The position numbers and the translations under genes are program-made. From assembly GCA_963805505.1 (NCBI GenBank), contig CAWDUP010000004.1:355738-419737 (forward strand): a stretch of 64,000 bases of DNA. Reading direction: 5' to 3'. The notes under the pieces are model-generated. The model made no database searches and was not told where the DNA came from. It saw only the letters and a list, made by a program, of their open reading frames with translations. The stretch is from an uncultured Actinomycetota bacterium. Its GTDB lineage: Bacteria; Actinomycetota; Actinomycetes; DATJPE01. Of the stretch, positions 29,447 to 39,883 are shown in pieces (position 1 is the stretch's first letter; each line of letters starts with the position of its first letter).

Positions 29447-29466
29447 AACTGAACAACCAGTCAGGA
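29447..29466. promoter_or_regulatory. palindromic operator candidate, site 3 (AACTGAACAACCAGTCAGGA)
   Basis: About 65 nt upstream of the ABC substrate-binding gene. 17/20 identical to site 1. Confidence 0.5.
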
Positions 29467-29530
29467 GAGCCACGTCGAACACGGAGATCCGACAGACCGT
29501 TCGCACCCTCAATGGCCCAGGAGAACCGGC

Positions 29531-30826
29531 ATGCCGATGGAACGCAAGTCAACCGACCGAGCGCCACAGTGGCGGCCCCAGTTGGCCCGCCGCGACGTCC
29601 TCCGGCTCGGAGGCTTGGCCGCCGCTGGCCTGACGGCCGGACCGCTGTTGGCCGCCTGCTCGCGGGACAGCAACAACACCGCTAGCGCCGGCGGAACCGG
29701 CGCCTCGGGAGGCACCGGCGACGGTCCCTACCCGCTCGCGCGCCCGGATGCGCCGGTCACCTTGCCGATCTTCGACGACAATCCAGCGATTGCCAGCGGG
29801 CAACAGATCGAGAAGGTCGCCGCGCTGCGCATCCTCAACTACGCCGACTACATCGCCCCCAAGGTGAAGAAGCAGTTCGGGGAGAAGTACGGCGTTGAGC
29901 TGCAGGTCACGCCGTACAACAACTACGACGAGATGCTCACCAAGCTCACCGCACCGGGTGCAGCGTTCGACGTCGTCTTTCCTGGGCCCAGCTACCTGAG
30001 CCGGATGGTCTACGGCAAGTTGCTGCAGCCGCTGCAACATTCCTACGTTCCTAACCTGAAGAACGTCTGGCCGGAATACGAGGACCCGTGGTACGACCAG
30101 GGGTCGCAATACACAGTCCCCTACACCGTCTACACCAGCGGAATCGGCTATCGAGCGGATCGCGTCACCGACCCCTCTGAGGGTTACAAGATGCTCTGGA
30201 ACAGCGCCTACTCCGGCAAGATGGGTGTTCTCGACGATGCCGGCGAGGCTCTTGCCATGGCGATGCTGGCGTGGGACATCACCCGTGACATCAACACGGC
30301 TGACCCCGCGCTCGTCGACGCGGCCCAGGCCAAGCTCGACGACCTGATCCCGCTCGGCGTGAAGGTCGACATCACCCAGTACGAGACCATCGCGAGCGGC
30401 AAGTTCACCGTTCACCAAGCGTGGTCCGGAGACATGATCGCCGCTCGGTGGTACCTGCCGAAGGGCGTGAGCACCGACGTGCTCGGCTACTGGGTCCCTG
30501 AGGCCAACACCGACCGAGTGATCGGGAACGACAACATCGCGATTCCCAAGTCCTCGCCCTCGCCCGTCCTGGCGCACACGTTCATCAACGAGCTGCTCGA
30601 CAACGATGTGTCCGAGCTGAACTTCAGCTGGAACGGCTACCAGCCACCCCTGACGAAGCTGACCGCCGACTATCTCATCGAGCAGGACTACATCAAGTCG
30701 AACATGATGCCCGCGGTGGTCGTCCCTGCAGACTTCGCCTCCGAGCTGCAGTTCTTCGAGCGGCCGCCAGCGGTGGAGAACATGTGGCTGGCTGCGTTCC
30801 AGGCGTTCCAGAGTGGCGGAAGCTGA
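29531..30826 (+). CDS. ABC transporter substrate-binding lipoprotein, PotD/PotF (polyamine-type) family
   Basis: RRDVLRLGGLAAAGL...LLAACS is a Tat-like signal plus lipobox. The size and the adjacent PotB/PotC-type permeases fit. Confidence 0.8.
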   Translation: MPMERKSTDRAPQWRPQLARRDVLRLGGLAAAGLTAGPLLAACSRDSNNTASAGGTGASGGTGDGPYPLARPDAPVTLPIFDDNPAIASGQQIEKVAALRILNYADYIAPKVKKQFGEKYGVELQVTPYNNYDEMLTKLTAPGAAFDVVFPGPSYLSRMVYGKLLQPLQHSYVPNLKNVWPEYEDPWYDQGSQYTVPYTVYTSGIGYRADRVTDPSEGYKMLWNSAYSGKMGVLDDAGEALAMAMLAWDITRDINTADPALVDAAQAKLDDLIPLGVKVDITQYETIASGKFTVHQAWSGDMIAARWYLPKGVSTDVLGYWVPEANTDRVIGNDNIAIPKSSPSPVLAHTFINELLDNDVSELNFSWNGYQPPLTKLTADYLIEQDYIKSNMMPAVVVPADFASELQFFERPPAVENMWLAAFQAFQSGGS

Positions 30827-31730
30827 GACCATAGCGGGGGGGCGACGCGACGCCTCGACCCGCTTTCTCTGGCCGATCCTGGCGCTTCCGGGAACGGTCT
30901 GGCTCATCTTGCTGTTCCTGGTGCCGTTCTACGGGATCATGGCGGTCGCCTTCTCCAGCCAGCTGGACCTCCTCGGCCAGCCCATCCCCGAATGGAATCC
31001 GGCCTACTGGGACTTCACCGTCATGCAGCAGGTCTTCAGCCAGTCGGTGGACGGCATCTATCGGTCGGCATGGGAACACACGTTCATCTACTGCCTCATC
31101 GCCATGTCCGTGTGTGTTCTGGTCGGCTACCCGGTCGCCTATTACGTCGCACGCCTCGCGGGCGGCAACCGCGGCCTGCTGCTCGCTCTGATCCTGGCTC
31201 CGTGGTGGATCAACTACCTCACGCGGATGCTCGCCTGGGTCGGGATCCTCGGAGACGACGGCTACGCCAATGACATCGTCACCAAGTTCGGGTTCGCCAA
31301 GGTCGACTGGCTGGGCGGGCAGTGGTACGTCGTTGTCGCTGGTCTTGTCTACGGATACCTGCCGTTCTTCATCGTCCCGCTCTACGCGTTCCTCGACCGC
31401 ATCGATCAGCGCCTGATCGAGGCCTCGCGCGATCTGGGCGCCAATGGCTTTCGTACCTTCTTCCGCGTGACCTTGCCGCTGAGCCGCGTCGGGCTGATCA
31501 CCTCGCTCGTCATCACTGCCCTTCCGATGTTCGGCGACTACTACACGAACACCCTGGTCTCGAACTCTCCAACCACGGTCATGATCGGCAACTCCATCGA
31601 GAGGTCGATCCAGAGCGGCTTCTCGAGGTCACAGGGAGCCAGCCTGGTCCTCCTGCTGTCGGCCGTTCTCCTCGTGTTCATGGCCTACTACTTGATGATG
31701 ACCATACGAACATCACGGGCGGATCGATGA
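30813..31730 (+). CDS. ABC transporter permease (PotB-like)
   Basis: Six TM helices. EAA loop IEASRDLGANGFRTFFRVTLPL. Confidence 0.85.
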   Translation: MAEAETIAGGRRDASTRFLWPILALPGTVWLILLFLVPFYGIMAVAFSSQLDLLGQPIPEWNPAYWDFTVMQQVFSQSVDGIYRSAWEHTFIYCLIAMSVCVLVGYPVAYYVARLAGGNRGLLLALILAPWWINYLTRMLAWVGILGDDGYANDIVTKFGFAKVDWLGGQWYVVVAGLVYGYLPFFIVPLYAFLDRIDQRLIEASRDLGANGFRTFFRVTLPLSRVGLITSLVITALPMFGDYYTNTLVSNSPTTVMIGNSIERSIQSGFSRSQGASLVLLLSAVLLVFMAYYLMMTIRTSRADR

Positions 31731-32713
31731 CGACCATCGGGATCGACGCACCTGACGCCTCGAAGGCCTGGGACGAAAGCGGACGCTACGTTCCACCACC
31801 GCAGTCGGCGAAGCCGACCAAGAAGGGGTTCGTTCCACCCTGGCGAAACCCGTGGCGCCGGCCGTACGTGCTGGCGACGATCACGTGGGTCTACGTGGCG
31901 TGGAGCCTCGTGCCGGTTCTCATTGCCATCCAGTTCTCGTTCAACGACTCGCGGTCGCGAAGCTCGTGGAACGGTTTCACGACCGACTGGTACTGCTGCG
32001 GCGGCCCCGACTCCATCGCCGCGGGCGCCTCGGTTGCCGAAGACCCGGCGCTGCTGCTCTCCCTGAAGAACAGCCTGATCATCGGCGTGCTGGCCACGCT
32101 CATATCCGTGCCGATCGGCACTGCGCTGGCGCTCGGTTTGACCCGCTGGCGCTCGCGGACCAGCAATGCAGCCAACGGCATCTCGCTGTTCCCCCTCGTC
32201 ACCCCCGAACTTGTTCTCGGATCGGCGCTCTACCTGGTGATCACGAACCTCTATGTGGGGATCGGTCTCGGGCGTACGGCGCTGCTGCTGGGCCACATCA
32301 CGTTCTCAATCTCCTTCATCCTGGTGATCGTGCGTGGTCGACTGGTCAGCATCGGACCAGAGTTCGAGACTGCAGCTCAAGACCTCGGCGCCACTCGGAT
32401 GCAGGCGATTCGCACCATCCTGCTTCCCCTTCTCGTCCCCGCCATCTTCGCCTCAGCGATGATCACGTTCGCCGCATCGCTCGACGACTTCGTGGTCAGC
32501 AACTTCCTGTATGGCGATGCGAGCAACATCACCGTCCCGGTGCTGCTGTACAGCGCGGTCAAAGCAGCGCCCTCCCCGGCGCTCAACGCCCTGGCCACGA
32601 TCTTGCTGGTGGGCACGATGACCGCCTTGGTGCTCGCCTACATCGTCTTGCGCTTGCGGCGAAGGGGCGAGGGAGGCTCAGCTCTCGACGACCTGGCCGG
32701 CATCGAGATGTAG
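31727..32713 (+). CDS. ABC transporter permease (PotC-like)
   Basis: ATGA overlap with the previous permease. EAA loop AAQDLGATRMQAIRTILLPL. Confidence 0.85.
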   Translation: MTTIGIDAPDASKAWDESGRYVPPPQSAKPTKKGFVPPWRNPWRRPYVLATITWVYVAWSLVPVLIAIQFSFNDSRSRSSWNGFTTDWYCCGGPDSIAAGASVAEDPALLLSLKNSLIIGVLATLISVPIGTALALGLTRWRSRTSNAANGISLFPLVTPELVLGSALYLVITNLYVGIGLGRTALLLGHITFSISFILVIVRGRLVSIGPEFETAAQDLGATRMQAIRTILLPLLVPAIFASAMITFAASLDDFVVSNFLYGDASNITVPVLLYSAVKAAPSPALNALATILLVGTMTALVLAYIVLRLRRRGEGGSALDDLAGIEM

Positions 32714-32755
32714 CTTCCGTCTGATGGCGGACCAAGGGACGGCTAGAGCCCCGGC

Positions 32756-33901
32756 TCAGCCAGCTGCGGCCACCGGGCCGCTGTCGCTCCACGCGTGGTC
32801 CTCGGAGTGCTCGAGCACCCGCAGGGAGTCAGCGAGCATGCGCACGCGACACGGGTCACCGGAGCTCCATGGCTCCTCGTGCACTGCGTTGGTCACGAGG
32901 GACTGCACGGAGGATCCATCGGGAAGCCGGACGAAGACCTGCGAGGTGGAACCCAGGTAGACGACGCGTTCGACCATCCCCGGCAGCCGGTTGTCGCCGG
33001 TGGCGTCACCCTCCTCCAGATGGAGGCTCTCCGGCCTGATGACAGCACGACCCGGCCCCGGTGGGAAGCGCTCCGGGATCTGGGCGTCAAGGGTGAACTC
33101 GCCCAGGCGTACCCGGCCCGTTCCTCCGCTGCCGGACTCGACCGTGATATCAAGCAGGTTGGCGACTCCGAGGAAGTCGGCGACGAACTCGCTGCGCGGG
33201 AACTGGTAGATGTCGCGCGGAGAGCCGAGCTGCATGATGCGCCCAAGGCTCATGACCGCCAGCCGGTCCGACATCTCCAGGGCTTCTTCCTGGTCGTGGG
33301 TGACAAAGACGAACGTGATGCCGACCTCGCGCTGAAGGCTGGTGAGCTGAGCGCGCAACGAATGGCGGAGCTTGGCATCCAGTGCACCGAGCGGCTCGTC
33401 GAGCAGCAGCACAGATGGCTCGAGGACGAGGGCGCGCGCGAGTGCCACCCGCTGCTGCTGACCTCCAGAGAGCTGGGAAGGGCGGCGCTTGGCGTAGCTC
33501 GACATCTCCACGAGCTCGAGTGCGGCGTCCACCTTGGGCTTGCGCTCGTCCTTGCCGACGTCGGCCCAGCGCAGCCCGTACTCGACGTTCTTCCACACGT
33601 CCATGTGCGGGAACAGCGCGTAGCTCTGGAAGACGGTGTTCACCGGTCGCTTGTGCGGTGGGGTCTGCGCCACATCGGTGCCATCGATCAAGATCTGGCC
33701 GTCCGTGGGCTGCTCGAAGCCGGCCAGCATCCGCAGGGTGGTCGTCTTGCCGCAGCCCGAAGGCCCGAGCAGGGAGAAGAACTCGCCGGAGGCGATGTCG
33801 AGGTCGATCCCGTCCACCGCGATGGATCCGCCCTCGAACTCCTTGCGGAGCCCCCGAATCGAGATCGATCCGCCGCCATCCCCCTGCTCTTGGTCAGTCA
33901 T
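32756..33901 (-). CDS. ABC transporter ATP-binding protein (PotA-like)
   Basis: Walker A LLGPSGCGKTT, signature LSGGQQQRVALARAL, Walker B LLLDEP, and a C-terminal TOBE-like domain. It is convergent with the permease genes. Confidence 0.9.
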   Translation of the reverse strand: MTDQEQGDGGGSISIRGLRKEFEGGSIAVDGIDLDIASGEFFSLLGPSGCGKTTTLRMLAGFEQPTDGQILIDGTDVAQTPPHKRPVNTVFQSYALFPHMDVWKNVEYGLRWADVGKDERKPKVDAALELVEMSSYAKRRPSQLSGGQQQRVALARALVLEPSVLLLDEPLGALDAKLRHSLRAQLTSLQREVGITFVFVTHDQEEALEMSDRLAVMSLGRIMQLGSPRDIYQFPRSEFVADFLGVANLLDITVESGSGGTGRVRLGEFTLDAQIPERFPPGPGRAVIRPESLHLEEGDATGDNRLPGMVERVVYLGSTSQVFVRLPDGSSVQSLVTNAVHEEPWSSGDPCRVRMLADSLRVLEHSEDHAWSDSGPVAAAG

Positions 33902-33981
33902 GGTCACGAGTCTAGGTGTGCTCGGCATCGCGCGCGCCGACAATGCCGAGGATTCAAACCGACACTCGATACTGTGCCCTG

Positions 33982-34389
33982 GTGGGCGAACAGGGCACGC
34001 CGGAGGGAGGCGCGGCCGCCCCGCTGGACGCCGCGCTCGGGCTCACCCGGGCCGCCGACGAAGGCAACCGTGTGGTCTTGCGGCTCGACCCGTCTGACCT
34101 GGCCGTCGGCGCCACCGACCCGGTGACCTATCTGCACGGTGGAGCGTTGGCGACCTGCGTCGACACGGCCGCCTGGGAGGCGGTCGTGAAGGACAGCGCC
34201 GAGAACTGGGTGGTGGCCGACCTGCGTATCGACTTTCTTCGGTTGGCCCGGGCCGAGCCGCACCGAGTCTCCGCGGTCGCTCGAAGGGTCGGTCGGTCAC
34301 AGGCCGTGGCCGACGTCGAAATCGCATCGTGGGACGACCCCGGACGTGTGGTGGCCCTCGGCCGAGTCGCCCTGACCAGGGTCGGTTGA
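33982..34389 (+). CDS. PaaI-family hotdog thioesterase
   Basis: LHGGALATCVDTAAWEAV core. The start is uncertain (GTG 33982 or ATG 33943). Confidence 0.65.
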   Translation: MGEQGTPEGGAAAPLDAALGLTRAADEGNRVVLRLDPSDLAVGATDPVTYLHGGALATCVDTAAWEAVVKDSAENWVVADLRIDFLRLARAEPHRVSAVARRVGRSQAVADVEIASWDDPGRVVALGRVALTRVG

Positions 34390-34390
34390 G

Positions 34391-36313
34391 TCAGCCGACG
34401 GTGAAGGTCTCGGGCGCCGAGCAGTCGCTGACGTTGCCTGCGGCATCCTCGGCCTCGGCGCTGACGGAGTACGTCTCCGGGGTCAGCGGACCGAGCGCGA
34501 TGCCGGCCCCGCTGAAGACGCCTGCTGTCACCGATCCCACGGCCGGACCGGTGCAGTTGGAGCTGAGATAGACCGTCACCGTGCTGCCGGGTTCGGCCGT
34601 ACCCTTGGCGAGCGGGTCTTGATCTGGACCGTCGGGGATCGGGTCGATCATTGGCGCATCCGGGGCCGTGGTGTCGACCTCGAAAGCGAACGGGTCGGAG
34701 CAGTCCCCGACATTGCCTGCCCCGTCGGTCGCCCGCGCGACCACCTGGTGTTGGCCATCGGCCAGGTTGGGGAGCCCACTGATCCCTGGTCCGGCAAAGG
34801 TTGCGGCCGAGCCCGCCGCATCTGCAACGCCCGCGCAATTCGCCCCGACCCATACCTGCACCTGAGAGCCGGCTTCCGCCGTACCCCTGACCAGCGGTGC
34901 GGAATCAGTCGTGGGTGACCCGCCGACGATGCCCAGTCCGGTCGGCTTGTCCGGGCCGATGGTGTCGATCACCAGCGGTAGCTCGCTGCAGGAGCTCACG
35001 TTCCCGGCAGCGTCAGTCGCGTTGAAGCGGATCGTGTGGGGCACATCGGGTGTCAGCGGCCCCACTGAGACACCGTCGGCAAGCTCGGCCGGTGTGAAGG
35101 TGCCGATGGGAGTCGCGGAACAATTGGTGTCGACGAACACCTTGACCTGGGACCCCGCCTCAGCGTGGCCCGTGACCTTCGGCGAAGGGTCTTGGGTCGG
35201 ACTGGTCGGCACCGATGCCAAAGCGTCGGGGGCGGCTGGGGCGATGTCGTCATGGACGTAGGTGAATGGGTCGGAGCAGGCAGTGTCCGCGCCACCAACG
35301 GTGTTGGTGGCGCGCACCGACACGACGTTCGTGGTGTTGGCCGTCATCGGGACCGTCACTCCGGTGCCGCCGAACGTCGCCGCCCCGCCTGAGGCGATCG
35401 GGGCACCGGCGCATGAGCCGTTGGCGAAGAACTCGACCGTCGATTCCGCAGGAGCAATCCCGATGAGCTTGGGATTCAGCACCGGGCTGGGGCTCACCGG
35501 GTCGGAGGACAGGATCTGCGGCTGCAGCGGACCATCGTCGTCGAGCAGGGTCATGGATGTGGGGTGCGATGGCAGCTTGACGTGGGAAGGCTTCGACCAG
35601 GCGATCGTGAAGGTCTCGTTGGGCTCATCCTTTGCGTCAGCAAAGACGTCGAGCTTGATCTTCTTGGTCGTTTGCCCTCGCTTGAAGTTGAGGACCGCGC
35701 TTCCGCCGCCGAGATCAGTGCCCAGCGCGGCAGAGCCACCGATGAGGGTGTAGCGCGCTGAAATGTGCTTACCGCTTGGTGCCGACAGGGTGACGGTGAT
35801 GCGCCTCGTGACCGGCAGAGACGACGTGCCCTCGATCAGCGTCGATGTGGATACTTTCAGCTTGGGCCGTGGATCGTCGTCGCGGATGGTCGCGGTGGCA
35901 TTGGGTTTGGTGATCTTGACCCCGCCGGACGCCTTGCTCAGGTGAACCCGGAAGGTCTCCTTGAACTCGTCGAGCGCATCCGCGGTCACCCGGACGAACA
36001 GCACTGTCGAGGTGGCGCCTTTGGGGATGCTCGCCCTGGTGCCCTTGCGCACTCGCTTGAAGTCGCCGGCCGACGCCGAGGCCGTTCCCGACTTGGTCTG
36101 CCAGGAGAAGCTGATCTTCTTGGGGGCCGGCTTCGACAGCCGTACCGCAAACGCCACCAGCCCCTGACCACCGGTGCCCTCAACCAGGGTCGCGTCGTAG
36201 ACCCGCAGCTTCAGGGTCGCCGCGGAGGCCGGCGGCGCTGCGACGACAACCATGGCCAGGCCGAGCGTTACCGCGACGAGGGCCACCCACAGGCGGCGTA
36301 CTGCTCGCGGCAC
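34391..36313 (-). CDS. secreted protein with Calx-beta domains and four Cys-pair Ig-like repeats
   Basis: Signal peptide ending APPASA. Calx-beta-like blocks (YDATLVEGTGGQG...TATIRDDD, repeated). These are followed by four ~90-aa repeats of the pattern GTAEAGS.V.V....C.......AA.F...G.......ATDAAGNVS.CS. Confidence 0.8.
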   Translation of the reverse strand: MPRAVRRLWVALVAVTLGLAMVVVAAPPASAATLKLRVYDATLVEGTGGQGLVAFAVRLSKPAPKKISFSWQTKSGTASASAGDFKRVRKGTRASIPKGATSTVLFVRVTADALDEFKETFRVHLSKASGGVKITKPNATATIRDDDPRPKLKVSTSTLIEGTSSLPVTRRITVTLSAPSGKHISARYTLIGGSAALGTDLGGGSAVLNFKRGQTTKKIKLDVFADAKDEPNETFTIAWSKPSHVKLPSHPTSMTLLDDDGPLQPQILSSDPVSPSPVLNPKLIGIAPAESTVEFFANGSCAGAPIASGGAATFGGTGVTVPMTANTTNVVSVRATNTVGGADTACSDPFTYVHDDIAPAAPDALASVPTSPTQDPSPKVTGHAEAGSQVKVFVDTNCSATPIGTFTPAELADGVSVGPLTPDVPHTIRFNATDAAGNVSSCSELPLVIDTIGPDKPTGLGIVGGSPTTDSAPLVRGTAEAGSQVQVWVGANCAGVADAAGSAATFAGPGISGLPNLADGQHQVVARATDGAGNVGDCSDPFAFEVDTTAPDAPMIDPIPDGPDQDPLAKGTAEPGSTVTVYLSSNCTGPAVGSVTAGVFSGAGIALGPLTPETYSVSAEAEDAAGNVSDCSAPETFTVG

Positions 36314-36474
36314 GGTTGGACTCCCCCGACGGGACGAATCTGCAGGCTGATCTGCTGACGTGCACCCACGATGCCAGACCAGCGCTGCTTCTCGAAACCG
36401 GCGAGTGGTCCGTCGCGGATGGGCCGATCGGGTGACCCGTGACCGGCAGCTCCAACCGCCCGAGCCAAATGCAG

Positions 36475-36504
36475 GAAGGGCGGCCCCCGTGTCGGGGACC
36501 GCCC

Positions 36505-36507
<3 letters not shown>
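36475..36507 (-). terminator. strong hairpin, probable groEL2 terminator
   Basis: GAAGGGCGGCCCCCG-TGT-CGGGGACCGCCCTTC forms a 14-bp stem with one mismatch. There is no clear U-tract, which is common in high-GC actinobacteria. Confidence 0.6.
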
Positions 36508-38516
<2,009 letters not shown>

Positions 38517-38523
38517 CCCATTA

Positions 38524-38550
38524 TTAGCACTCTCGGGCGCCGAGTGACAA
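38524..38550. promoter_or_regulatory. CIRCE (HrcA operator), copy 2
   Basis: TTAGCACTC-N9-GAGTGACAA, 7 nt from copy 1 and upstream of groEL2. Confidence 0.8.
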
Positions 38551-38582
38551 CCCGACCCGGCCCCGACCCCCACCCCCCTCCC

Positions 38583-38676
38583 GCGCTTCACCCACCGGAG
38601 TGCCCCTCCAAGCTTCGGGAAAACGCCACAAAAGGGACAAAGTGACGAGCGGAAGGGTATGTCTGATGGGTGAAGC
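38583..38676. repeat. dispersed inverted-repeat element, copy 2
   Basis: GCGCTTCACCCACCGGAGTGCCC ... TGGGTGAAGC. The first 18 nt are identical to the reverse complement of the right end of copy 1. It is preceded by the C-rich tract CCCCGACCCCCACCCCCCTCCC. Confidence 0.5.
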
Positions 38677-38687
38677 AAGTTGGTTGG

Positions 38688-38891
38688 TCAGGAGATGATT
38701 CGGACGTCCTCGGCCTGCGGCCCCTTCTGACCCTGAGTGATTTCGAGCTCGACGCGCTGATCGGCCTCCAGGGTCCGGAATCCCTCGGTCTGGATCACGC
38801 TGTAGTGGACGAAGACGTCCTGACCGCCGTCCACGGCGATGAAGCCGTAGCCCTTCTCGCCGTTGAACCACTTGACCGTGCCTTGGGCCAT
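38688..38891 (-). CDS. cspA: cold-shock protein CspA (67 aa)
   Basis: [34 protein letters not shown]... Confidence 0.92.
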   Translation of the reverse strand: MAQGTVKWFNGEKGYGFIAVDGGQDVFVHYSVIQTEGFRTLEADQRVELEITQGQKGPQAEDVRIIS

Positions 38892-38991
38892 GCCGCGCTC
38901 CTGATCGGTGTTGGTACGTCGCCGCTCTGCATCAACGTCCACGAGAGTAGTGCGCCCGGCAGTAGAGCGCCCCGTCCGGACGGGACCAGGG

Positions 38992-39726
38992 TCACGTGAG
39001 CACCGGTTGCGGCGGTAAGTCGAACTCGTCGTTGCTCATGCGAAGGAGGGCGACGGACGCTCCCGCAAAGCCCACCGCGGCCACGGTCAGGCCCGCGGCG
39101 ATCAGCACGTTGTTCACGCTGAAGAACGGATGCGTGAAGGTCCCGAAGATCAAGGCGATGCCCATCCACGCCGGAGCGGCCTTGCTGCGCCACAAGGCGA
39201 AGCCCAGCAGCGGAAGGCCGATCAGGATCGCGATGATGAAGCCCAAGGACGCAAGCTGCTGGATCGGGTTGGATTCCATCGCATCCTCCAACGCGGAGAT
39301 GGCCGATACGTCCAGCCCGTGCTGGGCTATGGCGAGGGCGTCGTCATCACCTCCGCGCAACAAGGCGACGGCGGACAGGAGACCACCGGCTCCAAGGACG
39401 AAGCCGACCGTCGTCAGGCGGGGAGCACCGCGGCGGGTCACCCAGGCCACAGCCACGATCGCCGGGACGATGAGCACGACGAACGCTGCGTCAAACCATT
39501 GCAGCACCTCCATCCGCTGCTGATGAGCCGCGAAGGCGGTCACTCCATCGGCCAACGAGACGTCGCCCTTGCCCGGGTAGAGCAGGTAGTTCACCGCCTT
39601 GGCCAACATGGGCAGCGGGGCGACAACGGCGAGCAGGATCCGCCAGAAACCGCGCCAGTCGTGGACAGCTGCGGCCCCCGGCAGATCGGCTGAGGAAGCG
39701 GTGCGGCCTGAGGAGCTGATAGTCAT
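38992..39726 (-). CDS. integral membrane protein, unknown function
   Basis: ~6 hydrophobic helices. ATG at 39726 chosen. Confidence 0.55.
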   Translation of the reverse strand: MTISSSGRTASSADLPGAAAVHDWRGFWRILLAVVAPLPMLAKAVNYLLYPGKGDVSLADGVTAFAAHQQRMEVLQWFDAAFVVLIVPAIVAVAWVTRRGAPRLTTVGFVLGAGGLLSAVALLRGGDDDALAIAQHGLDVSAISALEDAMESNPIQQLASLGFIIAILIGLPLLGFALWRSKAAPAWMGIALIFGTFTHPFFSVNNVLIAAGLTVAAVGFAGASVALLRMSNDEFDLPPQPVLT

Positions 39727-39883
39727 GTGAACCTCCCGGTCAGCGGTGATCTGTCGGAGGTCAACCGTCTGTCGCCCGAAGGCATTCGTCATGGGAGGAG
39801 CAGCCCAACTTCCCCTGACGAACCTGGGCCAGATAGGTGCCTGTACCTATGTCCAGCACCGCCGAGCGAGACCACAATGAGCC

